A program made the position numbers and the translations under genes. The notes below the pieces were generated by a model. The model saw only the letters and a program-made list of their open reading frames with translations, had not been told where the DNA came from and did no database searches. Shown piece by piece: positions 11,997-23,329 of a stretch of 64,000 nt of DNA. The stretch comes from Octopus vulgaris (taxonomy: Eukaryota): positions 66,960,001 through 67,024,000 of the forward strand of contig OX597817.1 in the NCBI GenBank assembly GCA_951406725.2. Direction: 5' to 3'. Each line of letters opens with the position of its first letter. Position 1 is the stretch's first letter.

Positions 11997-12055
11997 CCGA
12001 ATGTCATGAAGTTTGTAACGTCACGCCAAACAGTAATTCAATTATTTTTTCATAA
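11997..12055 (+). CDS. Putative phase-1 exon xECHEVCNVTPN; either a 36-nt exon ending 12032 (A|gtaatt) or a terminal exon to TAA at 12053-12055
   Basis: Long polypyrimidine tract ending ttctatttacag at 11996; the reading frame is compatible with the upstream micro-exons. Confidence 0.4.
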
Positions 12056-14132
12056 CTCATTTTTTAAAACCTTCAGTATCTTAGCAACTGCAACAAGGAA
12101 GACTAATTTTCGCCATTCAAAAACACTCAGTAACCCAATCTTTTATTACCTAGAGTCAAAATTTTCGTCGCATTGTCACTTGCACGATTCACATCACAGT
12201 TTCTGCGCGTTTTTGAATTACTAAAATGAGTTTACCACGCTTCAATTCCCTTACTTTCAATACACGATCACAAATTAAATGAATTGTTAGACAAGTACAA
12301 CCTCCGAAATTCTGTATATTAATGTCTAATTTAGGCATAAGGCAACGAATTTGAAAAAAACCGATACAGCCTCAAAGATACCAACATATAATCAGTACTT
12401 ATTTTATCAACAGCAGGAAGAGTGAAAAACAAGGTTGACATAGGTATAAATTAAGACTGAAACTTAAGGAATATCACAAGTCATTTAATCTGTCGCTCAA
12501 TTGCTGTTACTGTCACATACCATCTCTTGAGTCGTTAAACCATCGTTTACTAATCTTCCTGACTTCGTGTCACACACAATGAAATGTTGAAAATGAACAC
12601 TTGTTTTAATGTTAAAAATTTAGAAAATCGTAAAAAAATGCTATGAATTTCCTTGCTTTATTAATCCTTCATGTGTGTAATAAAATTATGAATTACACAT
12701 TTTTCAAGGTGCTCAAAAATTAAAGTTTTCTTGAAGTTTTAAGTAATACTTTGGAAAATTCATAGCACAGTGTTTGAGAACAACTGAGCTAGTATGTTGG
12801 AATGCGATATTTTTCTCGGCTCATTGCGATTCGATTTCAAATCATGTCGAAGACAACTTTGCCTTTCCTTTAGGAGTCAATAGATATATTAATAGTTGAG
12901 TACTAGGGCCCTGTCTTTCCAGTTCTCTCTCTCTTTCTCAATTGTATCAGTAATTCAAACCTTCAGCCTTGTGACATTATGTTTTGGTTATTCAGCTTGG
13001 CGGTTATAAAAGCACATGAAAATTAAAAGCCGCTCACAGTGATTTTACGAGTATAGATTCCTGTGATTGAATTACTAATTGTTCACTGTCGAAACCAATT
13101 TTCCTCATAAAGAGAAAAATAAATCGTTATGGTAGAGACGGTTTGCAGTTTACGAATTGTGAGTTCATATTTCCTTGCAAGTAATTTGTACCTGCTGTGT
13201 ACATATTGTACCAATTGGTGATATTTACCTGCAATTAATTCCCCGAGGCATTGTAGCCGCTTACTTCAATGCTATTGGAATCACTATCGAGTACTAGTTC
13301 TGTGGGTCCTTGCAACTCCATGAAATGTTTTAACCCAAGGAACACGTCATTTTCAGTAGTTTTTAACGGGGTTAGTTGCGTTGATGGATAAAGCTGGTTT
13401 GAGTTCCAGTATACGTGTGTGTGTGGATAAAGGAAGAAATGAGAAAACCAGAAGCTTAAAATGTGACGATTTATTCAACCCGTTAAAGAGCATTAACACG
13501 GCAAAACTGATGAACTACATCTTGAAAGAATGGTCAGAATATTTACACAATATTTTCGCATGTAGTTGGTACATAAGGTATGCGGTGTAAAACAGGAAAA
13601 CAAATACGTAACGACTTCTGCTGAAGGACAGGAACAAACGTACCCGTCAAAGGATAGCTGAGGCTGCCTGCGAAATAAACTCCTCTCTGCCGCAGATTTG
13701 AACTCGACCGTACATCCCAACTCACTGAGGAAATATCGAAAAAGGTTTCCTTATGTAGCTGACTATAGGCTTCCAGCGGACAGACATAAATTTCTCGCTC
13801 TCAGCTGGTCTGTCACGTGTCGTTCATGTCCTCATACGTTTGTGTGATTTCTTTTTTTTCTTATTTTCTTGTTTTAAGTCCCCTATATCATGTATTGTTC
13901 CGTTTATGTTCGCCCCTAGTGGGTAATTAAAAATCGCACTTGCTACAAGTTAAACTGTGAATAAGTTTTGGGGTTATTTTGCTGCGTTATCGTGAGTTTA
14001 CCTTTACTGTTGTCAATCTACTGGATTTTTCTTGTTACTTTTGTGGTTTGTTGAACTCTGTTATTGCTTTTTGGAAGTAATTGTTATGTGTCCCCCTTGA
14101 AACAAGGGGCAATTGTTAATTGCTAGGATAGT

Positions 14133-15349
14133 ATGTCCAATTCGACCAACATAGCGGGTGGAAGTCCCGTGAGGGAAATGCGTGTTACAGAGTAAAAATT
14201 TATTATACAAGCAAACAAGGAAAAAATTTCGCAGCGTTGAACCAATAGAGTGTATAATGAAATGTTTAAAAATGAGGCACAGGAACTTAAAATTGTCCCT
14301 TCCAATGAGTCGTTCGAAGATACAGAAAAAAGACCGTTATCTACAAAACATGGATAATAAAGGCGAAAAATCTAGACATGGCATCAAGGGAGGGAGTGTA
14401 ATTAGCACTGAAACAGAAGTGGAACGATATAACATACATGACTAGAGGGAAAAAGTTCGCGACAATAGAGGTTCGCTTTAAATCGGAAGAGCTGGCTAAG
14501 AAGCATTCGGCGAAGACTATAAAAACGGAGGAGGTGGTACTGTTACCGACGTACCTAGGCAGGAGAACGTCGAGGATTAAAGTGGGTGAAGTACCACCAG
14601 AGGTGAATGCGGGATGGATTGTAGCAGCCATAACCTTTGGCAACGAAGACAAGATGACAATCCTTAACACAACAGTGATTGATTGTCAGAATTGGCTGAG
14701 GAAGATAGAAATGATTGCCCAAGCTTCCCCTGTCGATTTATAAAATTTGATAGAAATCATTGAGGTGAGGAAAACCAAGCTTCGTGTGATGGTCGAGGGG
14801 AAGAATCCTCCTTGTTTTAGATGTGGCCAGTTAGGTCACATCAGGACCGAGTACAAACCTCTCACCAAGGAAGCACCGAATCCCCCACCACAGGAAAAAT
14901 CACCGGAAGCAACAATATCTACACCAAAACCACAGGACTAAACACTAGGACCTGCGGCGGAGACGGAGGAAGAAGTGTCTGAGAACGCGTAGGAAGGCGA
15001 ATGGCAGAAGCAACAGTGAAAGAAAAAGATAAGGAAAAGAGAGGCAATAGGGAGTCACTCAAGCCTATCGTCAAGAAAGAATGTGAAAAGGAATAGTATG
15101 GATAATTCACTAACGGATATTGTTTTTGACCATTCACTATATTTGGTAGCAGTAAATACAAAGAATGAACGTTTAAACACAAAAATAAAAAAGATTCCAA
15201 CAGCCGTAGTCGAAAAAGACCTTGACACACCAGAAAATATAAAAATTGTAAAAATGGATACGAACAATTTGAATATACTGAGAAGCGAGTTCCACACGAC
15301 CTGGGCCTTCCAAGATTACATTTTTCATCTCAATTTTTTGAGGGCCTAG
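14133..15349 (+). pseudogene. Tx1-type ORF1 (gag-like, CCHC knuckle) pseudogene
   Basis: RGKKFATIEVRF...LLPTYLG...VEGKNPPCFRCGQLGHIRTEY; homologous to 22138-23077. Confidence 0.8.
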
Positions 15350-15487
15350 TCAAAGACATCCCCGCAAGTCCCGGCATAGAAGATTAAGATGGGGATTTTA
15401 TTTGGAAGACCCGAATGAAAGGAGTAGCGACAGGCGCCTTTGTCTCCGGTCTCGCTCTAGTGAGCTTTTTTTCTTTTTTTTTCTTTT

Positions 15488-18400
15488 ATGGCTTCTTTTG
15501 ACGTAGGTGGCATAAATGTTCGCGTCCTGAAGTCGACCTGGAAGCAGGGATGTTTTGTGAACAACCTCAGGTCGCATAATTTGGATGTAATAGTAGCTAC
15601 AGAGACCAGACTGAGTAATTTGTAAAACTTTCCCCCCTCCTAACCAGCTACGAGAAAATTATTTCTCCATGCCCACCTGGAAGAGGGGCGGGTGTTGCAG
15701 TTCTGCAACGGAGGACAGATTGGTCGTCCTTGATGTGACGCCTAGCAGTGATAAGACCTTCAGGCTGGTAGCTGTCTATGCACCCCTCGGTGCTCGACAG
15801 TCTGAGTATTTTAGAGGTTTAGAGAAATTCCTAGGCACGTTACACACTTTAATTCTGTTGGGCGTCTTTAAAACTATATGCGATGCACGCGTAGATAGTG
15901 TTGGCTCGAACTCGAATAAGAGGGGAAACCCGCACTTCAAAGATCTGTTCAGTCATTTTCAGCTGGCAGATCGGTATAGACCAGAATTCCCGGACGTTCC
16001 ATTATGGACATGGTCTAATAACGACGGGTCTTCTAGATCTTATATAGATAGAATTATAATAAGAACTTAGTTAATTATCCACTTTTCTATCACGTCAGCT
16101 ACAGTGATCATAAATTTGTGACCTGTAAGCTTGACATAGATAGGTTACGTAGACGGTGTTCCGGTTACTGGAAGCTCAACAAGTCCCTTTTGATTTGTGA
16201 AGAGTACGGTAGCCGGATTAGACTGTTAGTGATGAGGGCATTGGCCGGTTTCAGTATTAACAACAAATGGTGGTATGCCCTCAAAAGAGCCATAAAATTT
16301 GAGTCGATTAGCTATAGCATAGAGATAGCTAAGTAGAAGACTAGAATTAAAAGGGATCTAGTTAAGGCTGTAGAAGAAGCGCTGAGGTCAGGCTGTGCGT
16401 CCCAAGTTTTAGCGGCGAGATTGGCTCTGAACCAACACCTCAAAGCTGTACACGAGGAATACATAGTCAGGGCGAAGCAAAGTGCAATAAGACAAGAGGG
16501 AATCAAAGCTGCCGGATGGGCCCGTGTGGTAGAAGCCAAACGGGGCAAATATACCACAATAAGGTCTGTGACGGACCAACAAGGTAACTTGGCAAAAGAA
16601 CCCGAGGAAATGTGTAAAGTCTTTCAAGAGTATTTCGCCCAGCTTTTCGACTTCCTCGCCGGTTTGCTGCGTCCCTCGGGACTGGAGGCGAAGTGCTCTG
16701 AAGGGCCGATCCCAGCTGCGGAGGTGGAGAAGGCTCTCGCGGACTGCGGCGCGGACAAGTCGCCAGGGTTAGACGGTCTTCCCTACGAGTTACAGCATGC
16801 CATACTAATTTGGGCACCTACTGGCATGTGTTTTCACGAACTGGCAACAGGACGGGTTCCTCCCCAGGCCTGTGAGTCGGGGAGTGGTGACACTTCTTAT
16901 AAAGGACCCAAACAAGCGGGACTTTATAGACAGTTTTAGGCCATCACTGCTTAACGCAGAGCTGAAGATTTTGTCCAAGGTATTAGCAAAAAGGTTGGCG
17001 TATGTCGTAGGTGGAATTGTTGGGGAGGCACAAACTTGTGCCATTCCAGGTAGATCCATACACGACAATCTCCATCTTATACGCTATACCTTAGAGAGGG
17101 TTCTCAGGATTCCTGGCAAGGATGGGGCTTTGGTCCATTTAGACCAATCTAAGGCTTACGATAGGGTTGACCATCGGTATCTGGTGTCGGTCCTCGCGGC
17201 GGTCAGTTTGTGCCTGACCTTTCTCAGTTGGATCATTGCTCTTTATAGTAACATCGATTCGATCGTTCAGGTGAACGGTTTCTTCTAGTAGCCGTTCTCA
17301 ATCAAGCGCTTAATATGTCAAGGGTATCCCTTCTCCCCACTCCTATATGTGTTGGCTCGAGCTTTTTCTCCGGAAACTGGAGGAGACAGGGGGCGTCTCG
17401 CGGGATCTAGGTTGCGGAAAATCGGTTTCAGCGTATGCGGACGACGTCACCATCATCGTATCCACAGTGGACCACCTACAGAGGGTAGGTGCGGCCATTA
17501 AGTATTACGAGGCGGCGGCAGGAGCAACAGTTAGCCGGGATAAATCAGTCGGCTTGTAACTCGGTACCTGGAAGGGCACGTCGATGTCACCCAACAACAT
17601 CGTCGGTCGCTGGACGGTGGGACTGGTTAAAATGCCAGGGGTCTGGTTTGGACCGGATCTCCAGATAGTGAAGAATTGGAGCGAGGTGGCGAGCAGGGTG
17701 ACCCTCTTAACTCGAACCTGGTCCAAGCGGTGGATATCTCTGAAAGGGAGGGCGGAGGTCGCAAATGTGTTTATCGCATCTGTAATCACCTACCGCCTAA
17801 CCGTCGTGCCTTGCCCCGCTTCATGGCTAAGCAAGCTGGAGCGCTTGCTCTTCCGCTTTTTGTGGAGGACGACGGTCCGCTTGTAAGGCGTTCTATCTGT
17901 TGCCAACACCCGCTAAAGGGTGGGCTAGGGAAGCCTTGGCTGTTGATGCGCTGAGACTGAAGCATTTGTGGCTCTGCCTGGATGGTGAACAGGTGTGGTC
18001 TCCGTTCATTAAACTGATGCTTTCGTTGAGCTGGAACCGTGGATCAAGTGTTGATCAAGGTCGGGATCACGGCAAGCCACGTGCCATCAGGCTCTCGTTC
18101 TCCTCTCTCACACGATTAATGCCAGCGGCGGTGATTCCACCTCGTTCTTTTATAGAGGGTTGGTAGAGGACAAGTGCGACGACGTCCTGGGAGAGACCCA
18201 GGGCCTCTACGATACTCAACTCGCTGGCCTGTTCTGAAGGACATTCGGGCCGGGGCCTTTGTATAATTTCCAAAAGTCTCTTGCTTGGCAATATTACCGA
18301 GGAGCTTTACCAGTTCGCGATAAACTGGCAAGGCATGGTGCTTCTTGTCTGCCCACGTGCCCAAGGTGCGAGCAGAACGACGAAACCGTTCTGCACGCGA

Positions 18401-18770
18401 TTGTGCAGTGCCCGTGAATATTGGATATGTGGGTTTATGTCAAACAGCTACTGTCATTTCTAGGAGGAGTACAACTGTCCTCCGAGTCCACCATTAATTT
18501 TGTTCCACCTTCCTCCTTTAATCGAGAAGGAAAGGTTTGTTTTCTCACTGTGGTTGCTATAGCGAAAGAGGTGGTTTGGAAGACCCGAATGAAAGGAGTA
18601 GCGGCAGGCGCCTTTGTCTCCGGTCTCGCTCTAGTGAGCTTTTTTTTTATTTTTCATCTTAAAAGGAAAATAAGACTGGAGAAGAGGTGTCTGTTGTGTG
18701 ATATATATGGTTAAACATGGAAGGATGTAGCGCAAGAGCTGAGAATAAGTGATCTCTCTTGAATGTAAGC
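15488..18770 (+). pseudogene. Tx1-type ORF2 (APE endonuclease, reverse transcriptase, C-terminal Zn finger) pseudogene
   Basis: Motifs INVR, AVYAP, SRSYIDRI, YWKLN, KSPGLDGLP, LDQSKAYDRVDH and AYADDV, with many frameshifts. Confidence 0.9.
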
Positions 18771-19296
18771 CATAGAAGTAAGGCAAGGCTTCAGTGGCGG
18801 ACCGGGGCTTGCGGGGTAGAAGCTGAACCCGACTCCCGCTCTATTGTGTTGTCCCATTGTATTGTACTTCATTCGTTTTATTTCATAAATTTTTATTGTC
18901 ATATTTACGTTATAATCATACCATGACCCTACCTCACCCCAGTTTATTTGTATTGCCATCCCCCACCCCTCTGTGTTGGCCTCTGGTGGACAACAAAGAA
19001 TTTATACTTGCTACAAGTTAAATTAATCTTGTCAATTGACACGAGTGAATATATCCTATTCGATCCTGAAAAATTTAGTGACAAAACTGTTAATAAGCAA
19101 ATTCGAGCTAGAGTACTCTTCCTTTCTCGTAGAATCGTCCTCTGCTATTCCACAGAATACATGAGATTTTATGTTTTTCTCGATCAGAGGGGAAAAACGC
19201 ATTAAAAAAAGTAGTAGCTAGTTTGATCTGGGTGTGATCTGAACTCATAAATTAAGCGACACTGAATTATATAGTATAAAATATATATATTCCGAT

Positions 19297-19507
19297 ACAT
19301 TATTTACATTTGACGGATATTTGTCCTCATCTTGTTTGTTGTTAACACAGCGTTTCGGCTGATATACCGTCCAGCCTTTACCAGGTGTCTTGGGGAATTG
19401 GGGTTAGTAGCCCGCACTCTTAACTACTACGCCATATGCCCGTGGATGTAGTGGTTAAGAGCGCGGGCTACTAAACCTTAGATTCCAAGTTCGATTCCTG
19501 AATAATA

Positions 19508-19540
<33 letters not shown>

Positions 19541-19715
19541 TTGAAAAATACCTTAGGAATGAGAACCCAGGTTTGAAATTTCCCGCAGACACCTGATGAA
19601 GGTTAGAAGGTATATCAGCCGAAACGTTGTGTTAACAACAAACAAGATGAGGACAAATATTCATCAAATGTAAATAATGTACATAATTCCTCATCTCTTA
19701 GATATAGAACTGTAT
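19297..19715. mobile_element. Fold-back non-autonomous element: tRNA-derived head, (AAT)n and Penelope-type hammerhead tail, with an inverted partial copy
   Basis: 11-bp TSD TATATTCCGAT (19286-19296, 19716-19726). Inverted arms 19297-19397/19578-19680 and 19399-19436/19443-19478. Confidence 0.75.
19589..19632 (+). ncRNA. Minimal (dimer-type) hammerhead ribozyme
   Basis: ACAC-CTGATGA-AGGTTAG...TCAGCC-GAAAC-GTT-GTGT. Stem III is the loopless palindrome AACGTT. Confidence 0.65.
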
Positions 19716-19832
19716 TATATTCCGATTACTGAAGCACGCAAGACTTGAAAATTTATCTATTTTTTCCATTGTAGAATGTAAAAACGAAGCTTGTAATCGT
19801 AGACAAAATAGTAAGTAGCCATTTATATAGTA

Positions 19833-20046
19833 CAGTAATCCCTCGACTATTGCGGGCGTTAATTTTTTTAAAAAAACCCGCGGTAGGTGAAAATCCGCGA
19901 AGTAGAAACAGTACTGAACTGGATATTATTTTTATAATTTGTATATATTTATTTTATTACAAATGCAAAACAACATTACGGTGGATCGACGAAAGCGTAA
20001 ATAATAAACCGCGATAGGTGAATCGCGATATGGCGAAGGATTACTG
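19833..20046. mobile_element. pogo/Tigger-like MITE
   Basis: TIRs CAGTAATCCCTCG / CGAAGGATTACTG with TA on both sides. Confidence 0.8.
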
Positions 20047-20075
20047 TACTTCTATTTGAATTGGTTATAAACCTT

Positions 20076-20485
20076 GGATCTTTTCGGTTTGAACGGCAGT
20101 TTTTCTAGCGGTGTCATATCAAATTGTCACCCATAATTATGACTCTAGTATCGATCTATTGCATTTCTATCTGTTTTAGGGTTAGGGGTGGGGGGAAGGG
20201 TATCTTTTTTTCTTCAGAAATGAAAATAAACCCAATCTGTTTCTTAAACGAGGGACATATTCATACGGCACATAATGTTTTCACTTCAATAGACGTCATT
20301 GATTGGTTGAAATTGCAGAAATTGAAGAAAAAAAGCAACAAATATCTAACAAACTATAGAACTTTCTCTATAAAGCCAAGGGAAAAAGATGTTTTATAAA
20401 CACATTCTACCAATATACGAAGTTTAAAAGTGTTTAGTTACGTGGAAATTATTTTAAAAAACTGCCGTTCAAACCGAAAAGATCC
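20076..20485. mobile_element. MITE with 29-bp perfect TIRs, possibly Mutator-like
   Basis: GGATCTTTTCGGTTTGAACGGCAGTTTTT and its reverse complement. Flanks ATAAACCTT / ATAAACCTG form a 9-bp TSD with one mismatch. Confidence 0.85.
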
Positions 20486-20910
20486 ATAAACCTGTCTTTT
20501 TAAAAGCCATATGTCAGTTCATAGGGTACAGATATGTATACATATCTGTACCCTATTCGTTATACGTAAGTACATCTATTTTGAGTGGTTCAATATCTTT
20601 ACTTTGTTGACACGCCATATATATTGATATAGTATAATAGAAATTACACTAACAATAACAATGATCATAAAAACTTATTTCTTCGTAGAAGGCTAGGAAT
20701 TTGGCGTAGAGACAGTCAAATAGAGCACTAACGTACTTGGAATGCATTTTATTTTATTGCTATCCTAGAAGGATGAAAGGCTAATTTGACCATGGCGGGA
20801 TTAACTTTGCTCTATTTTCCACAGAAATATCAGTATTTTTCTCCTTCTAAAATGCATTTTGCTGCAAAATATTTTGGCATAAAATCCGTTGGAATATGTT
20901 TGTCTTCCTA

Positions 20911-21505
20911 GGCGGCGCGCTGGCAGAAACGTTAGCGCGCCGGGCGAAATGCTTTGTGGTATTTGTTCCGCTGCTGCGTTCTGAGTTCAAATTCCGCCGA
21001 GGTCGACTTTGCCTTTCATCCTTTCGAGGTCGATTAAATAAGTACCAGTTACGCACTGGGGTCGATATAATCGACTTAATCCGTTTGTCTGTCCTTGTTT
21101 GTCCTCTTTGTGTTTAGCCCCTTGTGGGTAGTAAAGAAATAGGTATTTTGTCTCTCGTTACGTTCTGAGTTCAAATTCAGCCGAGGTCAACTTTGCCTTT
21201 CATCCTTTGGGGTCAATAAATAAAGTACCAGTTATGCGCTGGGTCGATGTAATCGACTTAATCTGTCTTTCTGTCCTTGTTTGTCCCCTCTATGTTTAGC
21301 CCCTTGTGGGTAGTAAAGAAATAGGTATTTTGTCTCTCGTTACGTTCTGAGTTCAAATTCAGCCGAGGTCAACTTTGCCTTTCATCCTTTGGGGTCAATA
21401 AATAAAGTACCAGTTATGCACTGGGGTCGATGTAATCGACTTAATCCGTCTTTCTGTCCTTGTTTGTCCCCTCTATGTTTAGCCCCTTGTGGGCAGTACA
21501 GAAAT
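20911..21505 (+). mobile_element. SINE family B multimer: head plus three body/tail units
   Basis: Single 15-bp TSD ATATGTTTGTCTTCC (20894-20908, 21506-21520) enclosing ~181-bp tandem units. Confidence 0.88.
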
Positions 21506-21638
21506 ATATGTTTGTCTTCCATATGAGGGTGTTGTGCATCACTGTATCATACATGTATGTAAAGAAAATAAGAAAACATAAATTAACAACAGCACTCAGA
21601 GAGCGCAAACCTGCGCCAAGGCAACTCCAACGTCCTTG

Positions 21639-23090
21639 TTTTTTTTTTTATTGCCCACAAGAGGCTAAATATAGGGGTTTATACAATACAGAAGATAATA
21701 CAAAACATAAAATCGGGGAAATGAAATATAAAAAAGAAATCGAGCAAGGAAGAAAAAATTAAAAGAAACGAATGAAATGAATAATGATAAAATGATGCGC
21801 AATGCCCAGTCGATCCCCGAAGTCGAGTGGTTACATTTATACCTGATTTTGGACAGTTTTTCCTCTTTTTTTTCTTTTTCTTTAAGAAGCAAAATGTTCA
21901 CATTTTCATCATTTTTTATATTGTTTATATCATATAGTTATGTTCTAAATTTTCTCATATCTTCATATATTCCACCACGGCGGCAGGACATTATACAACA
22001 GAGGCCCGTCACATAGTCACCAATTCACGATATGAATTCATGAACACGTCGTATCTTTCGTCATTCAGTAGAACACACCTTTCATTCTCTTTGAATATCT
22101 CTCTGGGCAGCTTCACCCTTACTAATCCCTTCCACTTTCATATTCTCCTTTCTATCTCTACACTCTTTGCGTAGTAGATTAAGAATGTCTTGTTTAACTT
22201 CTTTCTCTTTTGGCTCCCAAACCTGTTTTGGACATCCTCTCTGTTTCTGTTGCTGGTCCTTGCGAGTGTTCTCTTGATCTTGCCTTTTTTTCTCCTTTTG
22301 GGGCTGACAAACCCGTCACTCCCCTCCTTTACCGTTTTCGTTCTGTCTTCCTTCGTTTTTACTTGAGATACAAGCGCACTTTGTATCGTTTTTGCCATCT
22401 CTGTCCTTCTTTGCTTCGATTTGTCCTCCAATCTCACCTTCTTGGTCTTTATCCACAGCCTTTTTACCCTGAGGATGTTCGTGTTTAGGGCACTGTGTCC
22501 TCATATGGCCTCTCACTCCACATTCGTAACAACAGGGTCGACGACCCTCAACAATTACTTTGAGGGAACTTTCTCCCACAATCTCTATTTGGTAGGGATC
22601 CTTTCTATGTCTTCGAAAGTGGCAAAAAGCCACATCTCGACACTGCATCCCCACCAACATGCTCGTTCTTCCTACTGGTCCCAATTCGGGATTCTCCTCG
22701 GAAGCCAGAATAGCTGCCACCAACCACTCTGTCATTATTTCTGGTGACACTCTTCCTATTCGAATCTAAACACTGCATTGCCCCCAATACGTGGGCAGCA
22801 CCGTTACCTTGTTGGAGCGTAGAATAGAGGTGGAATGTGAGGCCGCCTCTTCTTTGGTGGCAAACCTCACCTCCACCGTGCCGTATTTTCTTCCTCTGCT
22901 TACAAAAGTTACCTTTTTCATTGGGGGTTCCAAGCATTCCTCTACATCATCCTCTGATAGGATCTCTATTTTATTGGTGGGGACCGCTTGCGTGCGGTAC
23001 ACCACTGTCCTATCACTCTTATCATTGACTGTTCCCTCTGGAGGGGCCAGCTTTATTGCGTCTCCCTCTCTTTGCACAAAAAAGAGCTGG
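21639..23090 (-). mobile_element. ORF1-only (half-L1-like) derivative of a Tx1-type LINE, with polyA tail
   Basis: Minus ORF fragments RGRKYGTVEVRF...VLPTYWG and VEGRRPCCYECGVRGHMRTQC. No APE/RT before the tail CCCCTATATTTAGCCTCTTGTGGGCAATAAAAAAAA. Confidence 0.7.
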
Positions 23091-23329
23091 AAGAAATGCC
23101 AAAAATAGTTCTAATTTTGGCACAAGACTAGAAAATGCCAAATAATAATAATTCTCTCTACTATAGGGCACAAAGTCTGAAATTTTGGGAGAGGGAGTCA
23201 GTCAATTACATTGATTCCAGTGCCTAAGTGGTACTTATTCTATCGACGTTGGGAAATTTGAACTCAGATTATAAAGCCAAAAGATATACCTATTTCTTTA
23301 CTACCCACAAGGGGCTAAACACACTCGTC

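Larger units (their letters stand above)
13955..19005 (+). mobile_element. L1/Tx1-type non-LTR retrotransposon, near full length, decayed
   Basis: 17-bp TSD ACTTGCTACAAGTTAAA (13938-13954, 19006-19022). ORF1 with a zinc knuckle, ORF2 with APE and RT. Confidence 0.9.

Noticed and set aside
19443-19500. tRNA gene (also 48929-49000 and 52546-52610)
   Set aside because: No complete acceptor stem or terminator; these are SINE-type heads.
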